From a virus (lineage: Duplodnaviria > Caudoviricetes): a DNA stretch of 64,000 nucleotides. Below the pieces are notes generated by a model that saw nothing but the letters and a program-made list of their open reading frames with translations, was not told the DNA's origin and did not search any database. Shown here one piece after another: positions 1 to 9,707 of the stretch. The DNA lies in IMG/VR virus record IMGVR_UViG_3300033120_000461, positions 9,283 to 73,282 of that record; one strand, 5' to 3'. Numbering within the stretch: position 1 is the first letter of the stretch; every line of letters begins with the position of its first letter. Position numbers and translations under genes: made by a program.

Positions 1-153
1 TTCAACAATTGCGACGAGCCGACCAAGACTATGTTGGTTGCCGCAGTAGCTGACACAGGTGATTGGTTTGTGTTTGAGGACCTTGAGACTCTAGTTGAGG
101 AACTCACAAGCACCCTTGATGCTGAGGAGCAGCTCCTTGCAGCCGGATTCTAG
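1..153 (+). CDS. 3' end of hypothetical protein (partial)
   Basis: Open frame 1 from the window edge to TAG at 151-153 (FNNCDEPTK...LLAAGF*). Confidence 0.6.
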   Translation, partial: FNNCDEPTKTMLVAAVADTGDWFVFEDLETLVEELTSTLDAEEQLLAAGF

Positions 154-184
154 CTGAGCACCTCGGGAAGTGGAGCCAAGTGCG

Positions 185-358
185 ATGAGCGAAGAGAACG
201 TATACAAGGTTGGAGATATCGTACGTGTTGTGCGTGGGGCATACCTTGGAAGCGTCTGCACAGTCACTGAGGTGAGAGGTCAGATGCTAGTCCTTGCTGG
301 AGTATTGGTCATCGCACCCGATGGGGTTGAGATGTGCCCCACTGAGGAGAAACCATGA
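185..358 (+). CDS. small KOW/SH3-like protein
   Basis: YKVGDIVRVVRGAYLG matches the KOW pattern (GDxVxVxxGxxxG); ATGA overlap with next gene. Confidence 0.6.
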   Translation: MSEENVYKVGDIVRVVRGAYLGSVCTVTEVRGQMLVLAGVLVIAPDGVEMCPTEEKP

Positions 359-660
359 AACTAATTTCTCCAGAGATGAGACGAATCAAAAGATGGAGGC
401 CTCGGATCAATTCAATGCGTCCCAGAGAACACAAAATGAGCTTCTGCTTGCTTTGTGAGTGCTACATGATGATCTGTGGAGCTTGCGGAAACAACACTTG
501 CAATGGCGGATATGGCCAGAGCAAGAAAGGCAGAAAGTGCAATAGGTGTCCTTCTGCATACATAGCTGCCGAAAAAATCGAACAAGAAAGTCAGGTCGAC
601 GGGGAAGCTATGATCAAATGGCTGAAAGAAGGTGGGAGTCCACCATGGGAGAAAACATGA
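355..660 (+). CDS. Cys-rich putative Zn-binding protein
   Basis: CxxC pairs (CLLCEC, CGACGNNTC, CNRC); ATGA overlaps at both ends. Confidence 0.65.
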   Translation: MKLISPEMRRIKRWRPRINSMRPREHKMSFCLLCECYMMICGACGNNTCNGGYGQSKKGRKCNRCPSAYIAAEKIEQESQVDGEAMIKWLKEGGSPPWEKT

Positions 661-1229
661 AACTGATTCAGGTTGGAAATGAAGACACTCAAACCAAGCC
701 CACACCAATGGTCTACAGAGAACGTGCTGGGTGGTTCTATGGGTGGAAGTTCTCTGAGCACTTTAGGGATAATGGAGGGAATGAGCTTTTTGTCGGAGAA
801 GGCCCGTTCAAGTCGTATCCAGAGACCATCATGGAAGCTCGCCAAGCAGGCTATGAGGTTAACAACCTCGGTTGGAAACATCGCTTGGTTTCCGCCAACT
901 GGTACAACCACACGATTGATGGTTATCCAGGTTGGGAGCTTGTTCCTGGGTCCAAAGACCCAGCCTTCGTGAAGTTGTCTCACCCCACTGACGACCCAAC
1001 TCACGACCCTCAGGGTCTCTGCAACAAGTGGGACGATATCGCCACAGTCGACTTCTACAAGCGAGATTGGACTGAGGATGGTATTCCCCTTCTACGTAAG
1101 GGGGAAACCTACTGGTCAGGGTGGTGGTTTGAAACAATCGCAGAACGAGACCAATTCATTGCTTGGGTCATGCAACAACCTGGTGGACATCAGGTTGTGT
1201 GGATCGACGCGAAGGAAGTAGGGCAATGA
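657..1229 (+). CDS. hypothetical protein (190 aa, Trp-rich)
   Basis: ATG at 657 overlaps the upstream stop (ATGA), preceded by GGGAGA; ORF-track start 546 is probably too long. Confidence 0.75.
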   Translation: MKLIQVGNEDTQTKPTPMVYRERAGWFYGWKFSEHFRDNGGNELFVGEGPFKSYPETIMEARQAGYEVNNLGWKHRLVSANWYNHTIDGYPGWELVPGSKDPAFVKLSHPTDDPTHDPQGLCNKWDDIATVDFYKRDWTEDGIPLLRKGETYWSGWWFETIAERDQFIAWVMQQPGGHQVVWIDAKEVGQ

Positions 1230-1232
1230 CCT

Positions 1233-1265
1233 TTGTTGCTGATGGGTTGAGTCAGCACACCATTT
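1233..1265 (-). repeat. dispersed stem-loop repeat, copy 1
   Basis: Minus strand AAATGGTG-TGCTGA-CTCAACCCA-TCAGCA-ACAA; intergenic. Confidence 0.85.
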
Positions 1266-1279
1266 GTAACGAGAAGTAT

Positions 1280-1297
1280 ACCTCACTCACAGATAGG
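1280..1297 (-). promoter_or_regulatory. CCTATC candidate late-promoter element
   Basis: CCTATCTGTGAGTGAGGT is nearly identical to 21570-21588. Confidence 0.4.
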
Positions 1298-1327
1298 TGC
1301 GAGCAAAATGGTCACTAGAACGACGGC

Positions 1328-1603
1328 TCAACCGTTAGAGGCCCTACCCAGAAAAGTCCTTCGAATAAATCTCACATTCGAAATGGGTTCACGGGGTTCT
1401 TCTACCAATCCTAGTCTTTGAGCATCTGAGCAGGAAGACTTACCTGGACAACTCTTCCGACTGGGGCATCTCAAACACAATCGAATCAAAGCAGCCTCTC
1501 TTTTTAGAAGAGAGGTAGCAGGGATGTACTCCGCTACAGAGGTCTTTAGGCGAGCCCTGGCCGCTTGAAACTCAGATTCATAGTCCTTCAGCACGGAACC
1601 CAC
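1328..1603 (-). CDS. hypothetical protein
   Basis: Abuts upstream ORF; GTG start with GAG upstream; CxxC motif. Confidence 0.55.
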   Translation of the reverse strand: MGSVLKDYESEFQAARARLKTSVAEYIPATSLLKREAALIRLCLRCPSRKSCPGKSSCSDAQRLGLVEEPREPISNVRFIRRTFLGRASNG

Positions 1604-1888
1604 TCACTTCTTAACTAGGTGAAGTAGGGGGGGGAGAAAGCCAGGTCTGGAAGCCATACGTGTACGTCTAGCTTCCAAAAGCAAAGCCCGAGCAGCATCT
1701 TCTGATGAAGCCGTTGCTCCTCGAAGAATGTTTACTGCATCGGCCAAGTCTGTTTGAGACTTTGAAGCAGCCCGAGTCAACTGATGTCGGATGGTGTCAT
1801 CACCCTCCCTCTCACGTCTACGTCGAACTGCTTCAGACTCCTCTTCGACTACACGGATTTTTGGGGTTCGGGGGCTCTTTTCGCTCAT
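1604..1888 (-). CDS. hypothetical helical protein
   Basis: ATGA overlap with upstream gene. Confidence 0.7.
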   Translation of the reverse strand: MSEKSPRTPKIRVVEEESEAVRRRREREGDDTIRHQLTRAASKSQTDLADAVNILRGATASSEDAARALLLEARRTRMASRPGFLPPLLHLVKK

Positions 1889-2280
1889 GGTCTTCTCCGA
1901 ATGTCATCACCAATTTCCCGCATTGTGTCACGCACCTCGATGAGGGCCTCCTTGTTCTGGCCAAGGAGTTGAGCAATGTTGGTCATTGATGTTGTGGCTT
2001 GCTTCGTGAGATCTACCAGCTGAGCCTGGTAGGATTTTGCGTCATCAATCCGAAGCTGTTGAAGACGCTCAATGGCCTGCATGTAAGCTGCATGCTCATG
2101 CGCTCTGTGCTCTTCGTACTTTCTTCTCTCCTCGTCCCGAGAGGCCAGAAGTTCTTTCCGTTCCTTGCTCCATTCTCGATACAGGTACCCAATCACCCAG
2201 CCAAAAACTATGACTAGGATCCCCAGTATCCCGTACTGAAAGAGGCGTTCAACGGAACCTGTGATTACCTGATCTGGCAC
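1885..2280 (-). CDS. putative holin-like protein (single N-terminal TM + coiled coil)
   Basis: YGILGILVIVFGWVIGYLY hydrophobic helix followed by a charged coiled coil, BhlA/UviB-like architecture; GGGAG SD. Confidence 0.55.
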   Translation of the reverse strand: MPDQVITGSVERLFQYGILGILVIVFGWVIGYLYREWSKERKELLASRDEERRKYEEHRAHEHAAYMQAIERLQQLRIDDAKSYQAQLVDLTKQATTSMTNIAQLLGQNKEALIEVRDTMREIGDDIRRRP

Positions 2281-2332
2281 TGATTCTAGCTCCCGTGATT
2301 CAAGCTACTCTCAACCCAGAGGTATCGGAAAG

Positions 2333-3214
2333 TTAGGGAGACAGGGCTGAAGGTTCGATATTGAAGTCCTTTTGAAGTTTAGCCCAATCGAACTTGAACC
2401 CACTCCCTGTCCAATCCACATACCGCATCCCAATCACAAAGGATAGCCGAGCAACCAGAGCGATTGGCAGGAAGGTGAATGTGCCTGACCCCAAGGTCAT
2501 GTTGATCAATAGCCCAAGAACACTTCCTGGGAGACTCGACAGGAGATCAAACAACGATAGCTGCCCGCTCAAAGCTTCCAAAAGAGACTTCAAGTCCCAC
2601 TCAAACTCTGCGACGTTCACCCAGATGAAGATGTAGATGCCGACCAACACGACCTTGCTGATCGTAGGAACACGTTCCTTCAACCACAGGTCGAATTGCT
2701 CAACATGAGGTTTCACATGAGACCCAATGAACTTCTCGAAACTGGGGGATACCTTCATCAGTCTTTCCAGAATCGAGTTGACACTGAACAACTTTGATTC
2801 TGGCAGCGTGAAGAGCTTCATTGGAAGCGTCTGAAAGATGTGGTGCATGACCTTCTTCAAGGCCCCCATTCCGTCTTTAGCTAGTTCCTTCAGCTTTTCC
2901 GGTAGTTGACCGAGTGACTCAACTCCAAGGAACTCCTTCACACGACCCCAGAGTTTTGGGAACTTCGTGGCAGACATCACAATCTGCTTGAACTTTCGAA
3001 GCAGGTTTCCCACACCCGCTACATGCATCACACTCTCCAGGAATAGGCTTTCACCCATAGCTACAAGAGCCCTCTCCAGAGGTCGTCTAGCACTTGCTGT
3101 TCGACCATATGAGGAACACGCAAGACGAGCTGCATTCCGAATGTGAGTTCGGGCAACGACTCGTGACACCATCCCTTCTTGGAGAGTCTGGGAAATCATC
3201 TCAGAAGGTTTCAT
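2333..3214 (-). CDS. putative membrane-associated virion protein
   Basis: 293 aa with C-terminal hydrophobic segments; ATGA-coupled to upstream structural gene. Confidence 0.6.
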   Translation of the reverse strand: MKPSEMISQTLQEGMVSRVVARTHIRNAARLACSSYGRTASARRPLERALVAMGESLFLESVMHVAGVGNLLRKFKQIVMSATKFPKLWGRVKEFLGVESLGQLPEKLKELAKDGMGALKKVMHHIFQTLPMKLFTLPESKLFSVNSILERLMKVSPSFEKFIGSHVKPHVEQFDLWLKERVPTISKVVLVGIYIFIWVNVAEFEWDLKSLLEALSGQLSLFDLLSSLPGSVLGLLINMTLGSGTFTFLPIALVARLSFVIGMRYVDWTGSGFKFDWAKLQKDFNIEPSALSP

Positions 3215-6200
3215 GTGACGACTTCAATCCCAACAAGACCTCGAACATCTCTTGTGGGGTCTGTTGCGGGCACATTTTCCCAGTTGAGTGCACGTCCTGT
3301 AGGGTTGTCTCGAATACATACCTTGACCAAGACAGGACACTTCCCCTCAGAGTTGAGGAAGAGAGTTGCAAGAGGTCCTGTGCTGACTTCGATTTGTGTG
3401 TAGAGGATCTGAGACTCAGGGTCTATCAGTTCAAAGGTATTTGGTCCGGATACCATACACCCAGCACCGTCCAAAATAGGGTCTTGCTTGGATGGGCCCG
3501 ATCCATCTACACGACCAACGTCAAGCCATGTCGTAAGACCAGGAATCTTGATGGCTGCATACACACCAACACCACCTAGTCCAGATCCTGCAAAGGATAG
3601 GTCCGAGAGAGAAAGACCCCAGAATCTGAGGATGAGGCTTGTGGCGCCAACATTCGCAGCCCCAGCGTCAAAGCACCTTTGGTAAACACGATCTCCAACA
3701 GCACCAGAGTAGTCTGGCCCAGTTGGGTTGTATCCAGTGGAATAGTCTGTCTGCGGGTAGACCAACAAGCCCCGAGAAGGGAAAGGTGAAGTGACCCCGT
3801 CTGTGTACGGAGCATTTCGCGCAGGCAACCCCGCAACCTGAAGTTCTGATTGGATTCCAGGGACAACACTCGTGACCAAGTTTTCAACTGAGAGGTTCGA
3901 GAAGTAGAATCCAGGGTAGTTTGGGTCTCCAAGGATGGGACGCACAGGAACTTGGATAGGTGAGAACCCTAGTGGCAACCCTGGTCCGCTAAGTGTTGCT
4001 CGGGTCTCCACAGAAAGCGCTGAAGGCAACCAAGATTGAGGATAACGATAGATCTCATCAAGGAAGCGTTCTTCCTTGTCCTTAGTTGCGTTTTGGACAG
4101 CGTTTGTGTTGTGAACAGGATTTCCATAGGTGGGTTTGATTCCTCCTGCTGGAACGTTGTTCTCCTTCATCGAGTGGTAGAGGGTTTTGACTGCTGTGTT
4201 CAACGGCAAGTCCAGACCATCTCCAGGAGATGCAGGCAGAGGGTATCCCGTCATCACATCTGTGTTCAGAGGACGACGAGCAAACAGACGTACTTTTGCG
4301 TCTGTTGTGAAGGATGGTTGGAATTGGTCTCCCTCAAACCGAATCCCATTTGCAATTGTGAACCCCGTAATTTGGATGACTGCATTGTCTGATGGGGCAG
4401 GGTCTGTATCCCCACCACGCAAGTCTGCATATCCAAACTCAATCCTTTGACGTCTCACTTGACCGAGTTCGGCTGGAAACAATGAACTCCCAACTAGAAC
4501 TCCACCCAGAGAAATTGTAGTTCCTGGAGTAGGATTGTTCTCATCCCCCTCAAAACTGAAGGAAGAGAGAGACATGAACAGAGGGTTTTGATTTGTTGCA
4601 CGGAAACGAGAATCCCCAAGAAGAGGGCCTGCTGTCGGAAGTTGGTCATGAGACCTGTAGCTTTCCGAGAACACATCTGTCACCTGAGCAGATATGTCTG
4701 TGATCCCAAGATTGTAGGAGAGCGTGTTTGCTACTGCAAAATTCGGATCACGAGGAGTGAAGTACGAAACACCAGACACACTGGTACCTGTTGCCCCACC
4801 CTTTACACTCAGTGTGTAACTGTTGATCCCAAAGAGGGCTGGAACCCCAGAACTTGGGTCTTCCATGATTTCTGAGCAGTTTACAGAGTAGGCACTAGAA
4901 ATGCTAGGTTTTGGATCTACCTGTTCAATCAAGTTGGAGGTTTGGGCTGACCCAGACCAATTCACCAAGTTAACGGAGTAGACCTGAGATGCTATGGGAG
5001 CCACACCATCTCGAACATAGCTCTCAAAGTCAGCTTCTCGGCGAAAGTGTACGAGAGCATATGAACCATCACGTCTCAAACTGGAAGCAGTGCCAAGGGC
5101 AAGCACAAATCGATGTCTGTACCTAGCGATTTGTACTGCCCAGTAGTTTGCAGTGAAATCATCATATCCCCCACCACTATCGGAGGAAAAAGTGGAAGAT
5201 GGAGCTAGATTGATGAAGTATCTCGATCTTTCCTCTGTCGGGGTATACGGCAAACCTGTGAGACTGTTCGAGTAGTCCATCAGGTAAGGGAGTCTGTAAG
5301 CGAGGAAATTCCCATCCGTTCCAACTCCACCACGTGAATTCGTGGTAGCTCCAAAAACTGGGATCCCATCTGCATTTGTAGGCGGGGAGAAGGTTGCGGC
5401 CGCAGGATCTGTCAGTAGACGAACTTGGCCTGCTGATGGATTTCCAGTGGGGGCAGGTCCTGGTGTCCTAGAGAATCCTCCTTGGATTTCATCCAGGTCG
5501 TACTGACCTGAAGCTTGACCAGGAAAGTCATAAGGAGTTGGAGTACCCAAAGAGAAAATGCCCCCTGGATCTCCATCGCAGCCCGCTCCCCCACTTGCAA
5601 TTCCACGGCCGAGAAGCACTGCTGCAATACAGCGATTCTCCACGTCGGAAACAGAAGTGGCTGGAACAGGTGCTGATAGGTCTCCTGTGTCCCAAGTTAC
5701 AAGAGCGAGGACTCCTCGGTCAGCTGGGGACACGATTCCAGAAACAACAACAGCAACATCACCACCAACAGATAGGGGTATTGCAGGGAGAATACGCCAT
5801 GTTGGGAACCCATCTGCTGGGTTCCCATTCACAGAGGATGTTGTGAAACCAGCATGGGCTTTGCCACTACCACCACCAGTGTAGACATTGCTTCCATCCA
5901 CAACGTTGAACACTGGATCCGTCACTGGGTCAACACCTGTACCCGACCTAGACACTGCTGATCTCCAGTAGTATGGGAAGATAGCATTTGGGTTGTTGAC
6001 AGAAGACAGATTCAATGCGCCATCCCAGAGCTTGAGAATACCCCAGTCAGGAATTCCTGAGTTGGTTGACCCAAGCCAAGGTGGTCCCGCTGAACCTACA
6101 GGTCCTGGAGATGGTGGGACAAGTGCTGCCAGTTCGCCAAAAGCCCCTTCAGCGTCCCCAGACAAGTAACGCTCAAAGACGTCTTGAATTGAGATAGATG

Positions 6201-6354
6201 TGGCTGTGTGGGCCCCAAAAGAAGCTGCAAGGTGTGCATCCAAAGCACCACTAGAGCCAGCCTCACTTGGTGGAGTGGCTGATGCAGACACAGATCCTGG
6301 GATAGCAGACCCAGCACCTACAGAGATCAAAGAAGGGTCAGTACGAAGTGGCAT
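3211..6354 (-). CDS. putative tail/baseplate structural protein (1047 aa)
   Basis: Long Gly/Ser/Pro/Thr-rich beta-type sequence inside the tail gene block. Confidence 0.65.
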   Translation of the reverse strand: MPLRTDPSLISVGAGSAIPGSVSASATPPSEAGSSGALDAHLAASFGAHTATSISIQDVFERYLSGDAEGAFGELAALVPPSPGPVGSAGPPWLGSTNSGIPDWGILKLWDGALNLSSVNNPNAIFPYYWRSAVSRSGTGVDPVTDPVFNVVDGSNVYTGGGSGKAHAGFTTSSVNGNPADGFPTWRILPAIPLSVGGDVAVVVSGIVSPADRGVLALVTWDTGDLSAPVPATSVSDVENRCIAAVLLGRGIASGGAGCDGDPGGIFSLGTPTPYDFPGQASGQYDLDEIQGGFSRTPGPAPTGNPSAGQVRLLTDPAAATFSPPTNADGIPVFGATTNSRGGVGTDGNFLAYRLPYLMDYSNSLTGLPYTPTEERSRYFINLAPSSTFSSDSGGGYDDFTANYWAVQIARYRHRFVLALGTASSLRRDGSYALVHFRREADFESYVRDGVAPIASQVYSVNLVNWSGSAQTSNLIEQVDPKPSISSAYSVNCSEIMEDPSSGVPALFGINSYTLSVKGGATGTSVSGVSYFTPRDPNFAVANTLSYNLGITDISAQVTDVFSESYRSHDQLPTAGPLLGDSRFRATNQNPLFMSLSSFSFEGDENNPTPGTTISLGGVLVGSSLFPAELGQVRRQRIEFGYADLRGGDTDPAPSDNAVIQITGFTIANGIRFEGDQFQPSFTTDAKVRLFARRPLNTDVMTGYPLPASPGDGLDLPLNTAVKTLYHSMKENNVPAGGIKPTYGNPVHNTNAVQNATKDKEERFLDEIYRYPQSWLPSALSVETRATLSGPGLPLGFSPIQVPVRPILGDPNYPGFYFSNLSVENLVTSVVPGIQSELQVAGLPARNAPYTDGVTSPFPSRGLLVYPQTDYSTGYNPTGPDYSGAVGDRVYQRCFDAGAANVGATSLILRFWGLSLSDLSFAGSGLGGVGVYAAIKIPGLTTWLDVGRVDGSGPSKQDPILDGAGCMVSGPNTFELIDPESQILYTQIEVSTGPLATLFLNSEGKCPVLVKVCIRDNPTGRALNWENVPATDPTRDVRGLVGIEVVT

Positions 6355-6356
6355 GC

Positions 6357-9300
6357 TCAGTCTCCAACGGAGAGAAGAAGATTTTTGGTTCGGTACAGCG
6401 CAGCAGCTGTTCGAATCTCTGGAAGGTCCGTGAAGGCAATCTTGTTGTCTGAATCCAAGGCCGCAAAACGACTCAAGACAAGGAGGAGAAGCTCACCACG
6501 CCTGAAGAGTCGTGTGTCTTGTAGAACACGAACAAGCATTGGTTGAAAAACCTTGTGCCGAGTTGCTCCAAATAGAGGTTGACTCATGGCAGTTGGCTTG
6601 TACCCGTCTCTGTTTCCAAAGTCGTAATATGCTCGGAACTCTGGATCCTGAACAGGACCTCTTCCAAGAGCTGTTGATCCAAGTGTGATAGGAGCTGTTC
6701 CATCCACTTGGACAAACGAATGCAAACTGATCAACCCTGTAGCAGCAGAAAAGTCTGCAACCGATACTTCAGCAAGCGCTGAGAAATACCACTCTTTGGG
6801 TGCAGATACTGGAGGGTTGCCTGTCGCAATTGCGATTTGATCAAGTGGTGAGGCATAGGGGAATCCGAGGTCTGTAGATCCCTTACCAGCTTGACCTGTC
6901 CACAACTCAGAGGAAACACTGACGGGCTCTACTACCAACTCCACAGGAAGTTCGGTCACAGGCACCCCACCAGCTTGAGTCCCTGCTGTTTGAGGAGCGT
7001 TTGACCTGTAGTAGATGGAAGTCTGGTATCCAACGGCCCCAGAGCTAGGGACAGCATCCTGTGGGTAGTAAACCACCGAGACAAGGCTCTGGTTTGGCAC
7101 TGATGCCGCAAGGTTTACACGTCTCTCTGAACTCCCATACGTGGTTCCTGAAGCTGGAGCCAATCCATTTGCAAGCATCGAATCCGCAAAGAATCGTCGT
7201 GGAGGATAGACCGTAGACCCTGTCCGAGTCACGATGTTGTCTGTGACTCTAACACCAGCAGGCGCAGATTTCTGTTCGAGCTTGACCTCGCGATAGCCTG
7301 CCCTGAACTTTGGGTTTGGAACCCATGTGGACAGCATCTCACTTGGACGTTGAGCAGTGGTGTTCTCAACAATGGGGCCAGCTTGATACCCGGCATACCC
7401 AGAGGCCAGGTTGGGCACGACCTCAAGGTCTGGTGTCTGCGTCAGACCCACACCCGTTGGGTATGTGATCTCCAACTCGACAAACAACCTTCGTGGAGAT
7501 CCATTGTCGTTGATGGGAGTGCCAATGACAGGATGGTCTGCGACGGCTCCACCACCATTTACGACTGATGGGTTGGCGTCCAGTGTCAAGGTCACAGTGG
7601 TCGTCCCGATACCAACCACGCTAGCCAATTGGGTTCTCTGGTCTATGGGCGTTCCACTGTGGCCATCATCATGGTAGACAGATAGAACGTCTGTGACCTT
7701 TGTTCCCACTGGCCAGAAGCTGGCCACATCTGCAACAATGCTAGGAGTCAACCAACTCTGAAGCGTAGATGGGTTCAGACCTGAAGCACCAGCAAAGGTG
7801 AACGTGATTGAGTCCCCTTCAACCCAAGTGTTGACTGATGGTGGGGCCTTCGTGACTGTGATTCCAGTTGGGTACACCCCAGTTGGAAGGACCTCGAAGA
7901 CAACTCTCTCAACTACTGACTGTGCTCCAAAACGTCTGGCGATGTGGTCATAGTTGCGGATGGGGTTCCCTCGAAGAGTGGTTCCAGAAGCTGGGGCAGT
8001 GCCACCCTGAGCAGCAAGACGACCAACCTCATCACAGAGCAACGGGTATGTGGACTGGTCTCCAGAACCCGAGGCGATCGTGGTGTAGTCAGAGCCATCG
8101 ACTTGCCAGGTTGCATTTCTCTTGTCCAGAAGACTCTGGGTCTGGTACTTCAGCTCGGAGCCAAAGTCATATCCAGGAGGTGTGACATGGCGTCTGAGGT
8201 CAAGCAGGTCTGTTGCAGCTATGATGTCTGCGAAGAGACCATCAGGACGATCGGACTTCACTGCTGCAATGGCGTATGGTCCTCCAGGGTTGAGGTTCGC
8301 ATTCAAGAACCCCGCAACGTGGGAAACTGGAAGACCTCCATTTGCATTCGCAACTGGGGAGAAGCCTCCTGTTGCTGTTGCATCATTGCGTCGAAAGACG
8401 AATCCGATTGGGATCGCATACACGAACCCATCCACGGTGCCTAGAGCAAATGCAGATGCCTGGCTGCCATCTCCAGAGATGTACAACCCATTGTCCAAGA
8501 AGCCGTAAGCTGAAGCATCCGAGTTTCCAGATACTGAGGTGGTGTTGGCAGGCACGAAAGGATAAGTGGCAACCGGGGCCCCTTGTGTTCCTTGTGCAAG
8601 GATGGCTGTGTTCGAGAACCCATCTGGCTGTGTCTTGGGGTTGATGCCAGAAGCTGTGGGGGAAACTCGAATGCGATACTGGATCTGAATCCTCTGTGCG
8701 CTTTCCGCATTGAGAACAGGATCTACAAGCTCATCAGCCAACGCCACACCAGTTGGGCTGCTGACATTTCCATGTCTGTAGACAGTGCTCTGCGATGGCT
8801 TGTTAGGCCTGTTTGCGCCCCCCAAGAGAGTTGCGGCACTCAAGACAATGGAGCCTGCAACAGCTTGTACCCGAGCTAGAGAGATCGTGTTGCTCGCTGT
8901 GCCTCCCGAGGTGGCAGAGACCGTAACCACAGTCGTCCCACTTGTGTCCGCAGCCACATAGCTTGGGTACAAGAGATTGACTGGGTTGTTGATTGCTGCG
9001 GCAAGGTTTGCTGCTGCGGCCGCGCCACTCACCCCAAGAGCGAACCCAGTTGGCCCACCTCCATTGACTGTGAATGTGACACTGGGGCCTCCTACTGAGG
9101 TCGCGTCGATCGTAACTGTGTCACCAGCTGTCAAGGTGAATGGAGGATCTGTTATCGAAATCGTCCCCATAGCTCTTGGGCTAGGAGCAACGAGACAACG
9201 CCAAACTTCAAGGAAGATGAAATCTGTCCTCTTCACATCTGGTGCAACCCCTGATGAAGCTGAGGGTGCAGGAAGAAGAATGATGTTCGTGTCTGGCGTT

Positions 9301-9644
9301 GTGGTGTTTGTGTACTCCACAACGATTGGCATTCCTGCAACAACCGCAGTCCTTTTGGCCAATGCAAACAGGTTCTCGTTTCCTGGCAATGCAGGAGGGA
9401 ACGTGAAGTCCTGGAACGCGTCTCGGCTACCTTGTCCTCGGATGAAACCCGAAGGCATGGTCTTGTTGTCCAGCAAGAGCTTGGTGTATTCCGCTGCCCC
9501 TTGAGAGAGCTGAAGCTCTGCATCTAGGACAGGACGCCCGCTCTGAAATACAACCGAATCCCATGAGTATTCCCCTGGGGGTACGTCTCGGGAGACAGTT
9601 GTTGGATTCGCCGGATCGTTGAAGTATCTTTTGAATTCAGGCAT
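6357..9644 (-). CDS. putative tail/baseplate structural protein (1095 aa)
   Basis: N-terminal VVFQSGRPVLDAELQLSQ resembles DUF4815/DUF6519-type baseplate-fibre N-termini; internal sheath-like TVTVSATSGG..LLGGAN segment. Confidence 0.65.
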   Translation of the reverse strand: MPEFKRYFNDPANPTTVSRDVPPGEYSWDSVVFQSGRPVLDAELQLSQGAAEYTKLLLDNKTMPSGFIRGQGSRDAFQDFTFPPALPGNENLFALAKRTAVVAGMPIVVEYTNTTTPDTNIILLPAPSASSGVAPDVKRTDFIFLEVWRCLVAPSPRAMGTISITDPPFTLTAGDTVTIDATSVGGPSVTFTVNGGGPTGFALGVSGAAAAANLAAAINNPVNLLYPSYVAADTSGTTVVTVSATSGGTASNTISLARVQAVAGSIVLSAATLLGGANRPNKPSQSTVYRHGNVSSPTGVALADELVDPVLNAESAQRIQIQYRIRVSPTASGINPKTQPDGFSNTAILAQGTQGAPVATYPFVPANTTSVSGNSDASAYGFLDNGLYISGDGSQASAFALGTVDGFVYAIPIGFVFRRNDATATGGFSPVANANGGLPVSHVAGFLNANLNPGGPYAIAAVKSDRPDGLFADIIAATDLLDLRRHVTPPGYDFGSELKYQTQSLLDKRNATWQVDGSDYTTIASGSGDQSTYPLLCDEVGRLAAQGGTAPASGTTLRGNPIRNYDHIARRFGAQSVVERVVFEVLPTGVYPTGITVTKAPPSVNTWVEGDSITFTFAGASGLNPSTLQSWLTPSIVADVASFWPVGTKVTDVLSVYHDDGHSGTPIDQRTQLASVVGIGTTTVTLTLDANPSVVNGGGAVADHPVIGTPINDNGSPRRLFVELEITYPTGVGLTQTPDLEVVPNLASGYAGYQAGPIVENTTAQRPSEMLSTWVPNPKFRAGYREVKLEQKSAPAGVRVTDNIVTRTGSTVYPPRRFFADSMLANGLAPASGTTYGSSERRVNLAASVPNQSLVSVVYYPQDAVPSSGAVGYQTSIYYRSNAPQTAGTQAGGVPVTELPVELVVEPVSVSSELWTGQAGKGSTDLGFPYASPLDQIAIATGNPPVSAPKEWYFSALAEVSVADFSAATGLISLHSFVQVDGTAPITLGSTALGRGPVQDPEFRAYYDFGNRDGYKPTAMSQPLFGATRHKVFQPMLVRVLQDTRLFRRGELLLLVLSRFAALDSDNKIAFTDLPEIRTAAALYRTKNLLLSVGD

Positions 9645-9686
9645 GTGGTCTTAATCCAACCCCAAGGGGCTCTTGCCAAGGGTTGA

Positions 9687-9692
9687 CATAGG
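9687..9692 (-). promoter_or_regulatory. CCTATG candidate late-promoter element
   Basis: About 43 nt upstream of the 1095-aa gene start. Confidence 0.3.
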
Positions 9693-9707
9693 ATGAAACG
9701 CGCCCAA

